Origin: Bdellovibrionales bacterium
GTDB lineage: Bacteria; Bdellovibrionota; Bdellovibrionia; Bdellovibrionales; UBA1609
Assembly (NCBI GenBank): GCA_965242515.1
Contig: OZ251448.1
Coordinates: forward strand, 518,512 to 582,511
Reading direction: 5' to 3'
Length of the DNA: 64,000 bases
This document shows positions 27,458 through 38,400 of the stretch, piece by piece (the first letter of the stretch is position 1; each line of letters begins with the position of its first letter). Made by a program: the position numbers and the translations under genes. Under the pieces are notes generated by a model. The model had not been told where the DNA came from. It saw nothing but the letters and a program-made list of their open reading frames with translations, and did no database searches.

Positions 27458-27670
27458 CCGTAACTCTTATATTTTATAAAATTCATTTTCTATACTTAAG
27501 AACTACTATAGTAAATTGTAGTTTGTAATAAAAAAGATATAAACAAAAGAAATAAATAAAAAACCAGACCCAAGTTTTAAACCCATTATCTAGTAAATGA
27601 TTTAAATAGCCCTAATTTAATACTTAAGTTTTAAGACTAATTACCTTAAGCAAAAAGACCAGCTCGCCTC

Positions 27671-28708
27671 TTAAAGGGGAGATAAAGATTGTTGCAAACG
27701 AGGGTTTATCTTGATTTTTGAAACTGAACGCACCTGTTGCAAACAAGCCATAAAAAGTATGCGCCCCGCTAATCGTCTAGTGAACATAGCAAAAGCATCT
27801 GATTTAAGTGCTTTGCGAGCCGGGGGTTTTTGATAAAATTTGTTTATCTTTACTAAAAAAGACCTATCACGGATTCTCAATATTTTATTCACAATGCCTG
27901 TTTGTGGTAAGTAAGCTATTATCTCACCAAATAGCCTTTCATCATCTGTTATAGAAGAATCACTGGTAAGAGATAACCTACTTAAATCAAACTCAGGCAC
28001 TTGTTCCCATTTCCAGTTTTGCAAACTTATGATTTGCCCTAATGCCCCCATATCGCGATTTTCCACATGCTGCTTTAAAGCACTAAACACTTTTTTATCT
28101 AGTGTATGAGAACGAAACATCACATAACTCACCTGCACTTTGAACAAAGCCAGCTCGTTATTGTGGTTTTCTTCTATTTGAGCAATACCCGCTGATTTGT
28201 TAAAGAAATTTTGAAACCGCAAAGCTTGTATTTCTTTCTTTATTTTTTTCTCAAAAAAGCTCGCAGACCAGCGGTTGTTTTCTAAAAAAGCGTAGTACCG
28301 AGAGCGTACAAAACGACCATCTTCCTTAAAAATCGGGATTTGCACAATACGATCACGCACTACTTGGTCCGAAACCAAAACCCCTGCATTATGAGCCGAC
28401 TGATTCACCAGCTCTGTGTTGATAAGTGTTGTAATGGCTTCTTGCTTTAATTGAATTTGACGCTTTGCTTCCATATTAGAATCCAAAGCAGATGATGATG
28501 GGCGATTTTGCAACATTTCCAGATAATTTTGGTATTCTGCCCAAGAAATTACTTTATTATTAACACTAGCCACAGCTCCTCCTAAAGAAGACATTTGCCC
28601 AATCGGCACACCAATCAGCACAAACACCACACAAATAATGGAGAATACAATAAAGGAAAAGATGTTTTTCCCACGAAAAGGTTTTCTTATTTTTTCAAAC
28701 ATAAGCAC
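27671..28708 (-). CDS. Periplasmic chaperone, PpiD/SurA N-terminal-domain type, membrane-anchored
   Basis: Short cytoplasmic N-terminus, one TM segment (IFSFIVFSIICVVFVLIGV), then VASVNNKVISWAEYQNYLE typical of PpiD-like proteins. No clear parvulin motif seen. Confidence 0.5.
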   Translation of the reverse strand: MLMFEKIRKPFRGKNIFSFIVFSIICVVFVLIGVPIGQMSSLGGAVASVNNKVISWAEYQNYLEMLQNRPSSSALDSNMEAKRQIQLKQEAITTLINTELVNQSAHNAGVLVSDQVVRDRIVQIPIFKEDGRFVRSRYYAFLENNRWSASFFEKKIKKEIQALRFQNFFNKSAGIAQIEENHNNELALFKVQVSYVMFRSHTLDKKVFSALKQHVENRDMGALGQIISLQNWKWEQVPEFDLSRLSLTSDSSITDDERLFGEIIAYLPQTGIVNKILRIRDRSFLVKINKFYQKPPARKALKSDAFAMFTRRLAGRILFMACLQQVRSVSKIKINPRLQQSLSPL

Positions 28709-28849
28709 TTTATAAAAGCCTATTAAAAGTCTATTATAAAAATCTATAATGTTTTATACTTTTTTTCAACATAACACTTAAAAAAATGTCATTATAAATG
28801 TAATTATAAGTATCACTATTAAACCATAGTAAGAAAGAGAGGTAAGAAT

Positions 28850-29707
28850 TTGTATTTTTTTAATCTTAAAAAAGCCTTTTTAATACTCACTTTGTTAGTT
28901 GTTCCTATTTTTTTAATCACTTTAGAGCGTCGGCAATTAGAAAATATGTTTTTATTTCGATTTTTGTTGTATTTTTCCGGTCAAGTGCAGGTAGGAAGTC
29001 AGGCATTATCGGATTCTATAACGCATACTGTTACTCATTATACAACTCTTTTACAGATCAAAAAACAAAATAAATTATTATTGAGGAAGAACAGGAGGCT
29101 TCAGGCTCAGGTGTTTGTTTTAGAGGAGTTAAGGCAAGAAAACAGCAGGCTCAAAAAAATACTACAATTTAGCCCCACACGGCTTGGGCAGTTTATTTTT
29201 GCACAAGTTAGTGGCAGGGACCCTTTATCGCAGTATCAGTTAATAACCATCAATCGAGGGGAGCAAGATGGTGTGCGGACCAAAATGTCTGTTATTTCTG
29301 AAAATGGTTTTGTAGGGTATGTGTTTCGTGTCACAAAGAGTTTTTCTCACATTATTTTAGTCACCGACCCGCATGCTGTTGTAGAAGCCATTGTTCAAAG
29401 GTCACGGGTACGAGGCATATTAGAGGGTGCAGGGCGTGGGGTGGCACGGCTAAAGTATTTAAAACGCCGAGATGACATTAAAGTAGGAGATGTGGTGGTT
29501 ACCACTCGTAGTGACCCTGGAGTTGCAGGCGGTTTTCCGATAGGGATGGTCACAAAAATCACGAAAGTTACTTATGGTCTCACCCAAAAAGTCACCATCA
29601 CCCCTTTTATCAATCCCTCTCAATTAGAAGAAGTATTAATCGTTAAACACAAAACCATAGCGACAACAAAAGCACTAATAAAACAAGCAAAAGATGATAT
29701 ATGGTAA
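28850..29707 (+). CDS. mreC: Rod shape-determining protein MreC
   Basis: TTG start after a purine-rich RBS. N-terminal anchor, coiled coil (LQAQVFVLEELRQENSRLKK), then beta domains (GFVGYVFRVTKSFSHIILVTDP..., GGFPIGMVTKI). Followed by mreD. Confidence 0.85.
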   Translation: MYFFNLKKAFLILTLLVVPIFLITLERRQLENMFLFRFLLYFSGQVQVGSQALSDSITHTVTHYTTLLQIKKQNKLLLRKNRRLQAQVFVLEELRQENSRLKKILQFSPTRLGQFIFAQVSGRDPLSQYQLITINRGEQDGVRTKMSVISENGFVGYVFRVTKSFSHIILVTDPHAVVEAIVQRSRVRGILEGAGRGVARLKYLKRRDDIKVGDVVVTTRSDPGVAGGFPIGMVTKITKVTYGLTQKVTITPFINPSQLEEVLIVKHKTIATTKALIKQAKDDIW

Positions 29708-30231
29708 AAGCTGTGGCTAACCCTTACAAAATCACTTTATTTAATTATTTTGTTATGATGGGGCTTGTACCTCTTGTCATCATTATTATACAAAGTGGTT
29801 TGTGGCCCTTGATAGTTAAAAGTTTGCCACTTTATTTATGGGTACCGTATTTAATTTACTGGATTTTATATCGTCATACAATAGAAACAGTGGTGATGAT
29901 TTATATATTATCTTTTATGATAGCCAGCAGTAGTTCTATTTTAGTAAGCCATTTGTTACTCATCCACGCTGTGATGTTTTTAACAATATTGTTTTTTAAA
30001 AGAGTGTACTATACCAGTATGAAATTTTTTAGCACAGCTTGCGGGGTAAGTTTATTGCTATTTCCTTTATTGCTATGGGTGTTATCTGTTTGGTTAGAGG
30101 GGCAGTTTTATTTTCCTGGGTTATTGGTGTGTTTAGGTGGGGGGGTGTTATCGTGGGGATTAGGCTTCCCACTACTTTTCAGTGTGCAATTTATTGACAA
30201 ACAAACATTAGCGATTAAAACAACAAAATAA
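29701..30231 (+). CDS. mreD: Rod shape-determining protein MreD
   Basis: Polytopic 176-aa membrane protein overlapping the mreC stop by 7 nt and preceding PBP2, the canonical position. Confidence 0.7.
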   Translation: MVKAVANPYKITLFNYFVMMGLVPLVIIIIQSGLWPLIVKSLPLYLWVPYLIYWILYRHTIETVVMIYILSFMIASSSSILVSHLLLIHAVMFLTILFFKRVYYTSMKFFSTACGVSLLLFPLLLWVLSVWLEGQFYFPGLLVCLGGGVLSWGLGFPLLFSVQFIDKQTLAIKTTK

Positions 30232-30240
30232 ATAGGACTT

Positions 30241-32187
30241 ATGAAAGATATTAGAGAAAAACTCCCTCGTATTGAAGAAGAGTTACAAGAAATGGCTCCT
30301 CGGTGGAAGTTTATCAAGTGGTTTCTCACAGGGGCTATTATGTTACTCATAGCCCGGCTGTGGTATTTACAAATTTTGCATGGGGCAAGGCTAAGGCAGT
30401 ACTCAGAGCGTAATCGTTTAAAAGAAACCATCATTCAAGCAGAAAGAGGTTGGATTTTAGATCGCCATCAAACACCATTAGTCCATAACCAACAAGGGTT
30501 GGAGTTGACTATTACGCCTCAATATATTCACAATCTCACTTTAGTGGCCCAGCGTATTTCTGCTATTATTCACAAACCCCCACATCTTATTATTAAAAAA
30601 GTGCGTGAAAAAGAAAAACAATATGGTTCTTTCTACCCTGTGACAATCAAAAAGCACCTTTCTTTTCAGCAAATTGTATTGTTAAAACACTTGCAATGGG
30701 ATGTTATGGGTATAGATATTAGAGAAAGCATTATTCGCCACTATCCTTTAAAAAAAAATGGGGCTCATTTATTGGGTTATTTAGGAGAGATTTCTAAAAA
30801 ACAAATCCACCAGTTGAATAAAAAATATAGCAAAAGCTTTCGTTTTAAACCCGGTGATTTAGTAGGTAAAAGTGGCTTAGAGTCTGTATGGGAGTACGAG
30901 CTAAGGGGAGAAGATGGTTTTTCTTTTGTAGAAGTCAATGTACACAACAAACAATCAGCTTCTAACATTGCGGGGCTTTGGAGTTTTAAACCAAAGCCTG
31001 CAAAAAGGGGGCATAACTTAGTACTGACTATTGACAAACAATTACAAGAAAAAGCCTATCGTTCTTTACTAAGGAAAGATAAGATTGGTCCAAGGGATGG
31101 GGCTATTATCGTTATGAAAACCAATGGTGAAATTTTAGCTTGGTGTTCTGCACCTTCTTATGATCCTAACATTTTTTCGATAGGTATTTCTAACAAGCAG
31201 TGGCAACAACTATCACAAAACCCAAGGGGACCTTTACGCAACAAAGCCATTCAAAATCATTATGCCCCAGGGTCTATCTTTAAACCCATTGTGGCTTTAG
31301 CTGCTTTACAACAAAACATTGTCACCCCAAAAACGCTTATTCACTCTCCTCAACATATTGTATTTAAAAAACGCACCTATCACGACTACCGAAAAACAGG
31401 ACATGGCTCTATCAACATTGTATCTGCCATAGAGAGGTCAGCCAATGTGTTTTTTTACAAATTAGGTATAGAGTTAGGCATAGATGCTATGTCTTATTAT
31501 GCTCGTTTAATGCATTTAGGGCAAAAAACGGGTGTCCAATTAAAAGGAGAAATTGCAGGCTTCATACCTACTACCAAATGGAAAGCTCAGCATTTAAAAG
31601 AAAACTGGCAAGAAGGTGAAAACTTATCTCATGCCATAGGGCAGGGTTTCATACTAGTTACTCCTTTACAAATGGCAGTAGCCTACAACACTATTGCCAC
31701 AGAAGGTGATATCGTTAAACCATTTATTGTGAAAAAAATTATCGACTCTCGTCATCAAGAAATAAAAACATTCAAACCAGAAATAATAAAACACATATCG
31801 GATTCACAGATAAATCGCATACATTTTCAAACCATTAAGAAAGCTTTGACACAAGTGGTGCAAGGGCAACAAGGTACAGCTAAATGGTGGAAAGTCAGAG
31901 GCATTAAAGTGGCTGGCAAAACGGGTACTGCACAAGTGGTGTCTTTATCTAAGCAAAACATTCGTAAAAAGTGCTTTAAACAAGAAAAGTCAAAGCGGCA
32001 CCATGGCTGGTTTGTGGCTTTTGCCCCAGCACACAAGCCAGAAATTGTGGTATCTGTGTTGACAGAGCATTCTTGCTCTGGGGCGAGTGGGGCTGCTCCT
32101 GTTGTAAGAGATATTATTGATTTTTATTTTAACAAAATGGCTCAAAACACAACACAGCAAAAAAAAGGCAAAACCCGTGTATTTTAA
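30241..32187 (+). CDS. mrdA: Penicillin-binding protein 2 (elongasome transpeptidase)
   Basis: N-terminal anchor. SxxK (PGSIFKP), SxN (ERSANVFFY), KTG (GKTGTAQV). Located between mreD and rodA. Confidence 0.9.
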   Translation: MKDIREKLPRIEEELQEMAPRWKFIKWFLTGAIMLLIARLWYLQILHGARLRQYSERNRLKETIIQAERGWILDRHQTPLVHNQQGLELTITPQYIHNLTLVAQRISAIIHKPPHLIIKKVREKEKQYGSFYPVTIKKHLSFQQIVLLKHLQWDVMGIDIRESIIRHYPLKKNGAHLLGYLGEISKKQIHQLNKKYSKSFRFKPGDLVGKSGLESVWEYELRGEDGFSFVEVNVHNKQSASNIAGLWSFKPKPAKRGHNLVLTIDKQLQEKAYRSLLRKDKIGPRDGAIIVMKTNGEILAWCSAPSYDPNIFSIGISNKQWQQLSQNPRGPLRNKAIQNHYAPGSIFKPIVALAALQQNIVTPKTLIHSPQHIVFKKRTYHDYRKTGHGSINIVSAIERSANVFFYKLGIELGIDAMSYYARLMHLGQKTGVQLKGEIAGFIPTTKWKAQHLKENWQEGENLSHAIGQGFILVTPLQMAVAYNTIATEGDIVKPFIVKKIIDSRHQEIKTFKPEIIKHISDSQINRIHFQTIKKALTQVVQGQQGTAKWWKVRGIKVAGKTGTAQVVSLSKQNIRKKCFKQEKSKRHHGWFVAFAPAHKPEIVVSVLTEHSCSGASGAAPVVRDIIDFYFNKMAQNTTQQKKGKTRVF

Positions 32188-33292
32188 AGACCCTATCCCT
32201 AAACAATCTATTATAAAGAAGTTTAATTGGAGTTTATTGGTAACCACTTTGACTTTAATTATTATTGGGTTATTGAATTTATATAGTGTATCGCATCGCC
32301 CTCACTCTGGGGCAGATCAGTTATTTTATTTACAAACAATATGGCTCACAATGGGGGTGTGTGTATTTTTTGGTTTTTCTTTTATGCACTACCATTATTT
32401 AATTAAATGGGCGTATATTATTTATGGCTTTAATGTAATATGTTTAATGGCTGTATATTTATGGGGGCAATCTTACGGAGGGGCAAAAAGGTGGTTAGAC
32501 CTTATTTTCTTTTCTTATCAACCAGCTGAAACAACAAAGTTAGTACTAGTGATTGTGTTAGCACGGCTTTTATCTATTAAAAGAAGTTGGCAAGTTATGA
32601 CTACAGAGTTAGTAAAACCCGTAATATTTATTTTAGTGCCTGTGTTATTGATTACTCGTCAACCAGATTTAGGCACAGCCTTAATTATTATGATTATTAC
32701 CACTTCTGTTATTATATTTGCTAAGGTGCATAAGTATGTATTGTTTTCGGCTTTAGCTTTGGTGGTATTTGTAACACCTTTAGCATGGAAGTTTGGTTTA
32801 AAAGAATATCAAAAAAACCGTATTATTACTTTTATCTCTCCAGGGCAAGACCCCAGGGGAACGGGTTACAACACCATTCAATCTAAAATTGCTATTGGTA
32901 GTGGGCAATTTATGGGTAAGGGCTTTCAAAAAGGCACTCAATCGCAATTAGAGTTTTTACCAGAACGACACACAGATTTTATTTTTAGCGTACTGAGTGA
33001 AGAACATGGTTTTATCGGTAGTGTGGTAACGATTTTATTATTTTTGCTTTTGATTTTTATTGGGTTTCATTCTGCCTTACAAGCCAGAGACAAAGAAGGA
33101 GTTTTTTTATGTGTAGGCATGTCGTTTTATTTATTTTGGCATATTTTTATTAATATAGCTATGACTATGGGGTTATTACCGGTAGTAGGTGTACCTTTAC
33201 CCTTATTATCTTATGGTGGTTCTAGTCTCATTACAACAATGACAGCTTTAGGAGTGATATCCTCTGTATCTTGCAGAAAGTATTTATTTTAA
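32117..33292 (+). CDS. rodA: SEDS-family peptidoglycan polymerase RodA
   Basis: About 10 TM segments. Conserved RWLDL..FSYQPAETTKL, QPDLGTA, GTGYNTIQSKIAIGSG, LPERHTDFIFS, PLPLLSYGGSS. The tracked ATG overlaps mrdA by 71 nt, so the true start may be the in-frame GTG near 32176. Confidence 0.9.
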   Translation: MIFILTKWLKTQHSKKKAKPVYFKDPIPKQSIIKKFNWSLLVTTLTLIIIGLLNLYSVSHRPHSGADQLFYLQTIWLTMGVCVFFGFSFMHYHYLIKWAYIIYGFNVICLMAVYLWGQSYGGAKRWLDLIFFSYQPAETTKLVLVIVLARLLSIKRSWQVMTTELVKPVIFILVPVLLITRQPDLGTALIIMIITTSVIIFAKVHKYVLFSALALVVFVTPLAWKFGLKEYQKNRIITFISPGQDPRGTGYNTIQSKIAIGSGQFMGKGFQKGTQSQLEFLPERHTDFIFSVLSEEHGFIGSVVTILLFLLLIFIGFHSALQARDKEGVFLCVGMSFYLFWHIFINIAMTMGLLPVVGVPLPLLSYGGSSLITTMTALGVISSVSCRKYLF

Positions 33293-33362
33293 ATTTTAAT
33301 TTATTGCCTTAAAGTAACTTTGAAGTATCACCCAACCATTCTTTTATCTATTGTTTTTTTAC

Positions 33363-35102
33363 TTATCGAAATAGTGTTCTACACACCCTGATTACAGGAT
33401 CTATATATTCTGTACCCATCCGACTAGGATAAAGCAATTTCTTAGCTGATTTTGTTTCAGCAGAAAGAGGCCATAATTTTTGTAAAATCTGAAAAATCTC
33501 ATTCTGCACTTCTTCATTACTAGTAGGGCTTTTTAGCTGATTTAATAAAACATCTCTAGCAACTGGATCGTCATAATGCCCTAAAGCATTTTCTAAGGAT
33601 GGATGATTAAGCACTAACAAAGCAATGGCACTTTCTCTTCTCACAGTTTGATGTAAGTCTGTGTCTGCTAAATCTTGTATTTTTTGTTTAATTTGCCAAT
33701 TTACAGATACCATTTTAGCTAAAGCCCCTACGACTTCAAAACGAATCCTCCAATCAGAATCTGATAAATAATATTTTAATGTACGATGAATGTCCCAATG
33801 TGCAGAATGCACAGACCCTAACACCCGAAGGACTTTAGCTTTTGTATAAAAATCACTATCAGCAACCACTAACATACCTAACACTTTTTGTTGGCTATTA
33901 ACAGTTTGTAACTCTAAATCTTCTTGTAATGTTGATAATATATCAAAAGGCACTACATGGCGACGAGGGTTTTCAAATATCAAATTCATTAATTGATCGC
34001 GAAATACAAAAAAAGCCTCCTTATCTGAACCTTTATTTTCAGATGCTACCACTAACATAGATATATTTTTTATACTCTCTAAGGCTTTATTATAGTGTTT
34101 AGCAACAGAGCTTTTAACATCTTCTATTATGTCATTTAATTGTTGCTTCACATAAGAAAACTCTGAAGATTCTTCTCCTCTATGATTACCTAATTCAAAC
34201 AAGGATTGCTGATGATAAGATACTGAATGAGTAGAAGCTTTAGAATCAGCAAAATCTTCAGAAAAATGAGGAGAAGGAAACATCGTTGCCTTTAAAACAT
34301 TTTTAATACCCCATCGTAATTCTTGAGAAACACCCGGTAATTGAGAAAGATAATACAAATCTGCATCAAAATTGCCCGATAAACGCCAGCTCCTACTGGC
34401 ATTAAAATAAGGATGCTCTGCAAATAACAAAGCTAAAATGCTTTCTTGCCGAATTTGAGTATCTGTACTAATAGAGGATGCAAAGGCTGTAAGTTTTGCT
34501 TCCACTACAGGCGACAAGTGACCAAAAAAATACACCGTCTCGCCAAGCATTTTTATAATATCCGATTTTAAAAACACCCCATAGTTTTTGGTTTTTTTAT
34601 ATTGCTGTGTGAGATGCTGAATGGTCTTTAAAGAATGTGCTTTGCTATGTGTGTTTAAATAATGAATATGCTTTTCATTATCTAAAGCTACTAATAGTTT
34701 TTTTTGAATGGTTAAACCCTTTGGCTTGTTATAAATAATACTATCCATTAATAAGTACAAAGCTTTGTAGAAAGTTGTGGGATCGAAATCTAAAATAACC
34801 TCTACTAATGGGTTTTGAAAGGGTAAAAGAAGAGTTTTATCAGAGTCTGCTAAATTCCAATATCTCTGTTTTACCTCCCATAACTGATGGATAGCTTGAC
34901 GGCGATGAACAATCTGCACACTTGCTTTAAAAGCTTTAGATATTTTTGCTAATTTTTTAACAATAACCGATGATGCAGGTACATTGATACCAATAGCCCT
35001 ACCCCTGCTGTGAGCTTTGTTGTAAGACTTACTATATGCCGTGCCGTACGCAAAACCCGTAACATAATAAACTATAAAAATATTTAGTAAAATAAATCTC
35101 AT
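33363..35102 (-). CDS. Hypothetical secreted protein, possibly HEAT/ARM-like helical repeats
   Basis: Signal-like N-terminus. Segments such as DSDWRIRFEVVGALAKM and DLHQTVRRESAIALLVL resemble HEAT units. Weak assignment. Confidence 0.4.
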   Translation of the reverse strand: MRFILLNIFIVYYVTGFAYGTAYSKSYNKAHSRGRAIGINVPASSVIVKKLAKISKAFKASVQIVHRRQAIHQLWEVKQRYWNLADSDKTLLLPFQNPLVEVILDFDPTTFYKALYLLMDSIIYNKPKGLTIQKKLLVALDNEKHIHYLNTHSKAHSLKTIQHLTQQYKKTKNYGVFLKSDIIKMLGETVYFFGHLSPVVEAKLTAFASSISTDTQIRQESILALLFAEHPYFNASRSWRLSGNFDADLYYLSQLPGVSQELRWGIKNVLKATMFPSPHFSEDFADSKASTHSVSYHQQSLFELGNHRGEESSEFSYVKQQLNDIIEDVKSSVAKHYNKALESIKNISMLVVASENKGSDKEAFFVFRDQLMNLIFENPRRHVVPFDILSTLQEDLELQTVNSQQKVLGMLVVADSDFYTKAKVLRVLGSVHSAHWDIHRTLKYYLSDSDWRIRFEVVGALAKMVSVNWQIKQKIQDLADTDLHQTVRRESAIALLVLNHPSLENALGHYDDPVARDVLLNQLKSPTSNEEVQNEIFQILQKLWPLSAETKSAKKLLYPSRMGTEYIDPVIRVCRTLFR

Positions 35103-35437
35103 AAAGATTGAGTGTCCTTTTTTGTGGCTTTTGTGGTGCCAGTTTTTTTGCCGTCCGTTATTTTTAGTCCGTTTTTTGCTATCCTTTCTGCAATCCTGTT
35201 TTTTTGTAGCCCTTTTGTTGTAATGTCTGGTTGTAAGTTTTCTTACAAAAAAGCTGTTTTTTCAACTTTTTTTTGTATTTTGAGAAATTTTAGAGCTTGT
35301 GGAATACACCACCGTTCATCTTCTTATCCCTTAAACCCCTTTATAAAGGCACTTTTAAAAAAAAGTGTGAAAAACTTACAAACTTTTAATATTGCCCCTT
35401 GCCACAATTTAAAGATTCATGTATCACTATTTGCACG

Positions 35438-38400
35438 ATGAAAAATAAGCTGTGTATTTTAACCTCCACTTTGTGCTTAACTCTTTTGAGCCATACCGCC
35501 TGCACAAGAAAAATTATAAAAACATACCCTCAATTGAAACATCAGTTTAAACAAAGTACTGCAGATACCTTATATAACAAAGCAGATTTTGAAGTCCTCA
35601 ATTCACAAACACAACCTGCACATTTTATTAATAAAGATTTATTAGAAGATAACACCATCACCATTAGAACAAACCCAACTGGCACCCCTGTTAAAATATC
35701 TTCTACGGCAGGAGAAGTTAAAATTGACTCTTCCATATCTTTTGTTAATCAATATTACTTAATAGGGTATACGGTACAATCTAAGCTTAATAAAAAACAA
35801 GAGCTTTTAAGTAAGCTATTAGGTAATATAAAAGATTTTAAAGGCTTTCCTAATACTACTTATCGTATTGTACCTTCTTTGCGTAAAAACTACCTTGTTT
35901 TATACCGTGTAGCCAAAAAAAGCCAAATACCTTATGATGAATATTCATCAGCTATTACTTTAAATAACGAACTCATAGCAGCCCCTCTTGTAGGCTATCC
36001 TATAAAGTACTGTAAAGCAGAAGTATTGAAAAATGATGATTACGAAGACACAGGTCAGTACCGCCCTAAATGTGAAGATATTTCGCAAAAGAGTGCAGAA
36101 TATATTCAATTTAACCAAATAGATAAAAATGTATTTCAATATGAACCTAAAATGGACTACTTTCCAAGTGATTTTTTTAACGGTAAGTGGTTTTTTACCG
36201 AAACTGTCATTGCCACTAATGAAAATGCCTCTCTTAACAGAATACATACGGGCTTTCAAATGGGTACATTAGTGGAATTCAAAAAAGAACCTGAACGGCT
36301 TTTAGCAGTAGAATCTAGTGGTATAAATATAGAAGATAAAGATAAACAGCGTACAATAGCAATACCTATTGAATGGGAAGATCACAGCTTTGATTTTAGT
36401 GATAAAAAAGCTACTTTTAAAGAAAAGATGCAAGACAAAATAAGAGATATTAACAGACCTTATTTTAAAATTTTATTTAATAAGCTATTAGGAGAGAATT
36501 CAGGTACCACATTAAAAGATATTAAAATTACAGATGATTACTTTAGTTATGCTTTTGATATAGAGCAACATGGTACATTAGTTACCTTACAAATTGCTTT
36601 TATGAAAGAAAAAACCGACCACACAAACCACCCAGAAAAACAATGGATAGCAAGTAACCATAAAGACTTTTTTTCTACTTTCTTTACTGAAAGGCAACAC
36701 TATGTATCTGCTGATGAACACACCACTCAAGACATAAACCACTACCGCCGTGTTACTCGCTTTAACCCTAATAATAAAGTTATTAAATGGCACTTTTCTA
36801 AAAACAGTACACATGCCCCTTGGATACGACAGTTAGTGCGTCATGCTGTGGCTTTATGGGATAAAGCTTTTAGCAAAGCTGCTGAAGGCACTGGCAAAAC
36901 CCCCATCCGTATTGTGCTAGATGAAAGTAAAGAGGTAGATTTAGGAGACCTTCATTTTAATATTATCAATATGGTAGAAATGAAATCAGATCTTCCTAGT
37001 GGACTGCTAGGCTACGGACCTAGTATTTCCCACCCTATTACCGGTGAGGTTATTGCTGGTACAGCTAATATATATGTCAATCCAATATTAACCCAATATA
37101 TTAATATTATTAGAGGATATATTCGCTTCCATTTATTTCCACCAATATGGAAATGGCTACCCAATTCCCCCGGGGTATCTACTTATTTACATGAAAGAAT
37201 ACAACAACTATGCCCAGAAGTTGCCACATTTATTAAAAACAATCAAAATATAAAATTTTTAGGTCAAAATACTATAATAGATGATAAAAGTATTACCAGG
37301 CAATGTGCTATCACCATGGCAAGAGAAGAAATGTTATCCACCATTTTACACGAAATGGGACACACTTTTTCTTTAATGCATAATTATACAGCCTCAGTAG
37401 ATACAAAAAATATGTACGAAAGTTATGAAGAAATAAAAGCCATATTTGGCGATAATATTCTTAATAACTCCACCCCCAGCCATCCAAAGCCTGCGTACTT
37501 CTCTTCTGTAATGGATTATGGACTGTTTACTCAACCTCTATTAACTGTACCCGGTAAATATGATATAGATGCCATACGCTTTATTTATTACGATAGGGTG
37601 CAAACACAAGATGGCTCTATGATAAAAGTTGCTAATAACCCTAATAAAGATACAAAAAGTATTTTACAAATAGCAAATAAACAAGGAAAGAAAGTAAAAA
37701 AATATGCAAAATGCGGAAAAATTACTATAGGACATATTGTTTTAGATGGAGATCAGGATAATCCATTTTGCGAACAGTTTGACTATGGTAAAACATCAGA
37801 ACAAATTATTAAAAATCACATTATACATTTTAAAAATCTTATGATGAGGGAATTAAAATTTTATGACACCAATAAAGATACCGAAAGACATGTATTTCGC
37901 TTTTTCAATCAAGCTCAATATTTAGGCGATGTTATTGGCAAGTGGATTACTGCTTATACAAAAGAACGGGTACAGCTGACATCTGGAAAACATATAACAC
38001 TACCCATCTACTCTGAAAATAACGAGGAATACATCAACACCTTAGAAAATACAGCCAAGCATAATAGTAATTTTAAACAATATTATGATGTTAAAAAACT
38101 ACTATTTGACTTTTTTAAAGAAGTAATATCCCTACCTACGCAAACATGTTTTTTTGCAACACCAGATGATGACACTTATTACAATTTCTCTCTCATTAGG
38201 ATTAAAAGATATATAAGCACTAACTTTAATTTACAACATTCCGCTATTATTAGCAGTTGCCAATCACCCCTTGTATTAAATGCGGCAAAACAGATGACTA
38301 AACAAACAGACTTACAATTTGTGACAGAAATAGGTTTTCCACCTATAAGACAATCTTATAGTGTGCCAATACATATAGCAAATGACCTTGACGAACATTC

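Noticed and set aside
35112-35441. 109-aa plus-strand ORF upstream of the metalloprotease gene.
   Set aside because: Low-complexity, Phe-rich translation of a T-rich promoter region. It overlaps the better-supported lipoprotein start and has no motif support.
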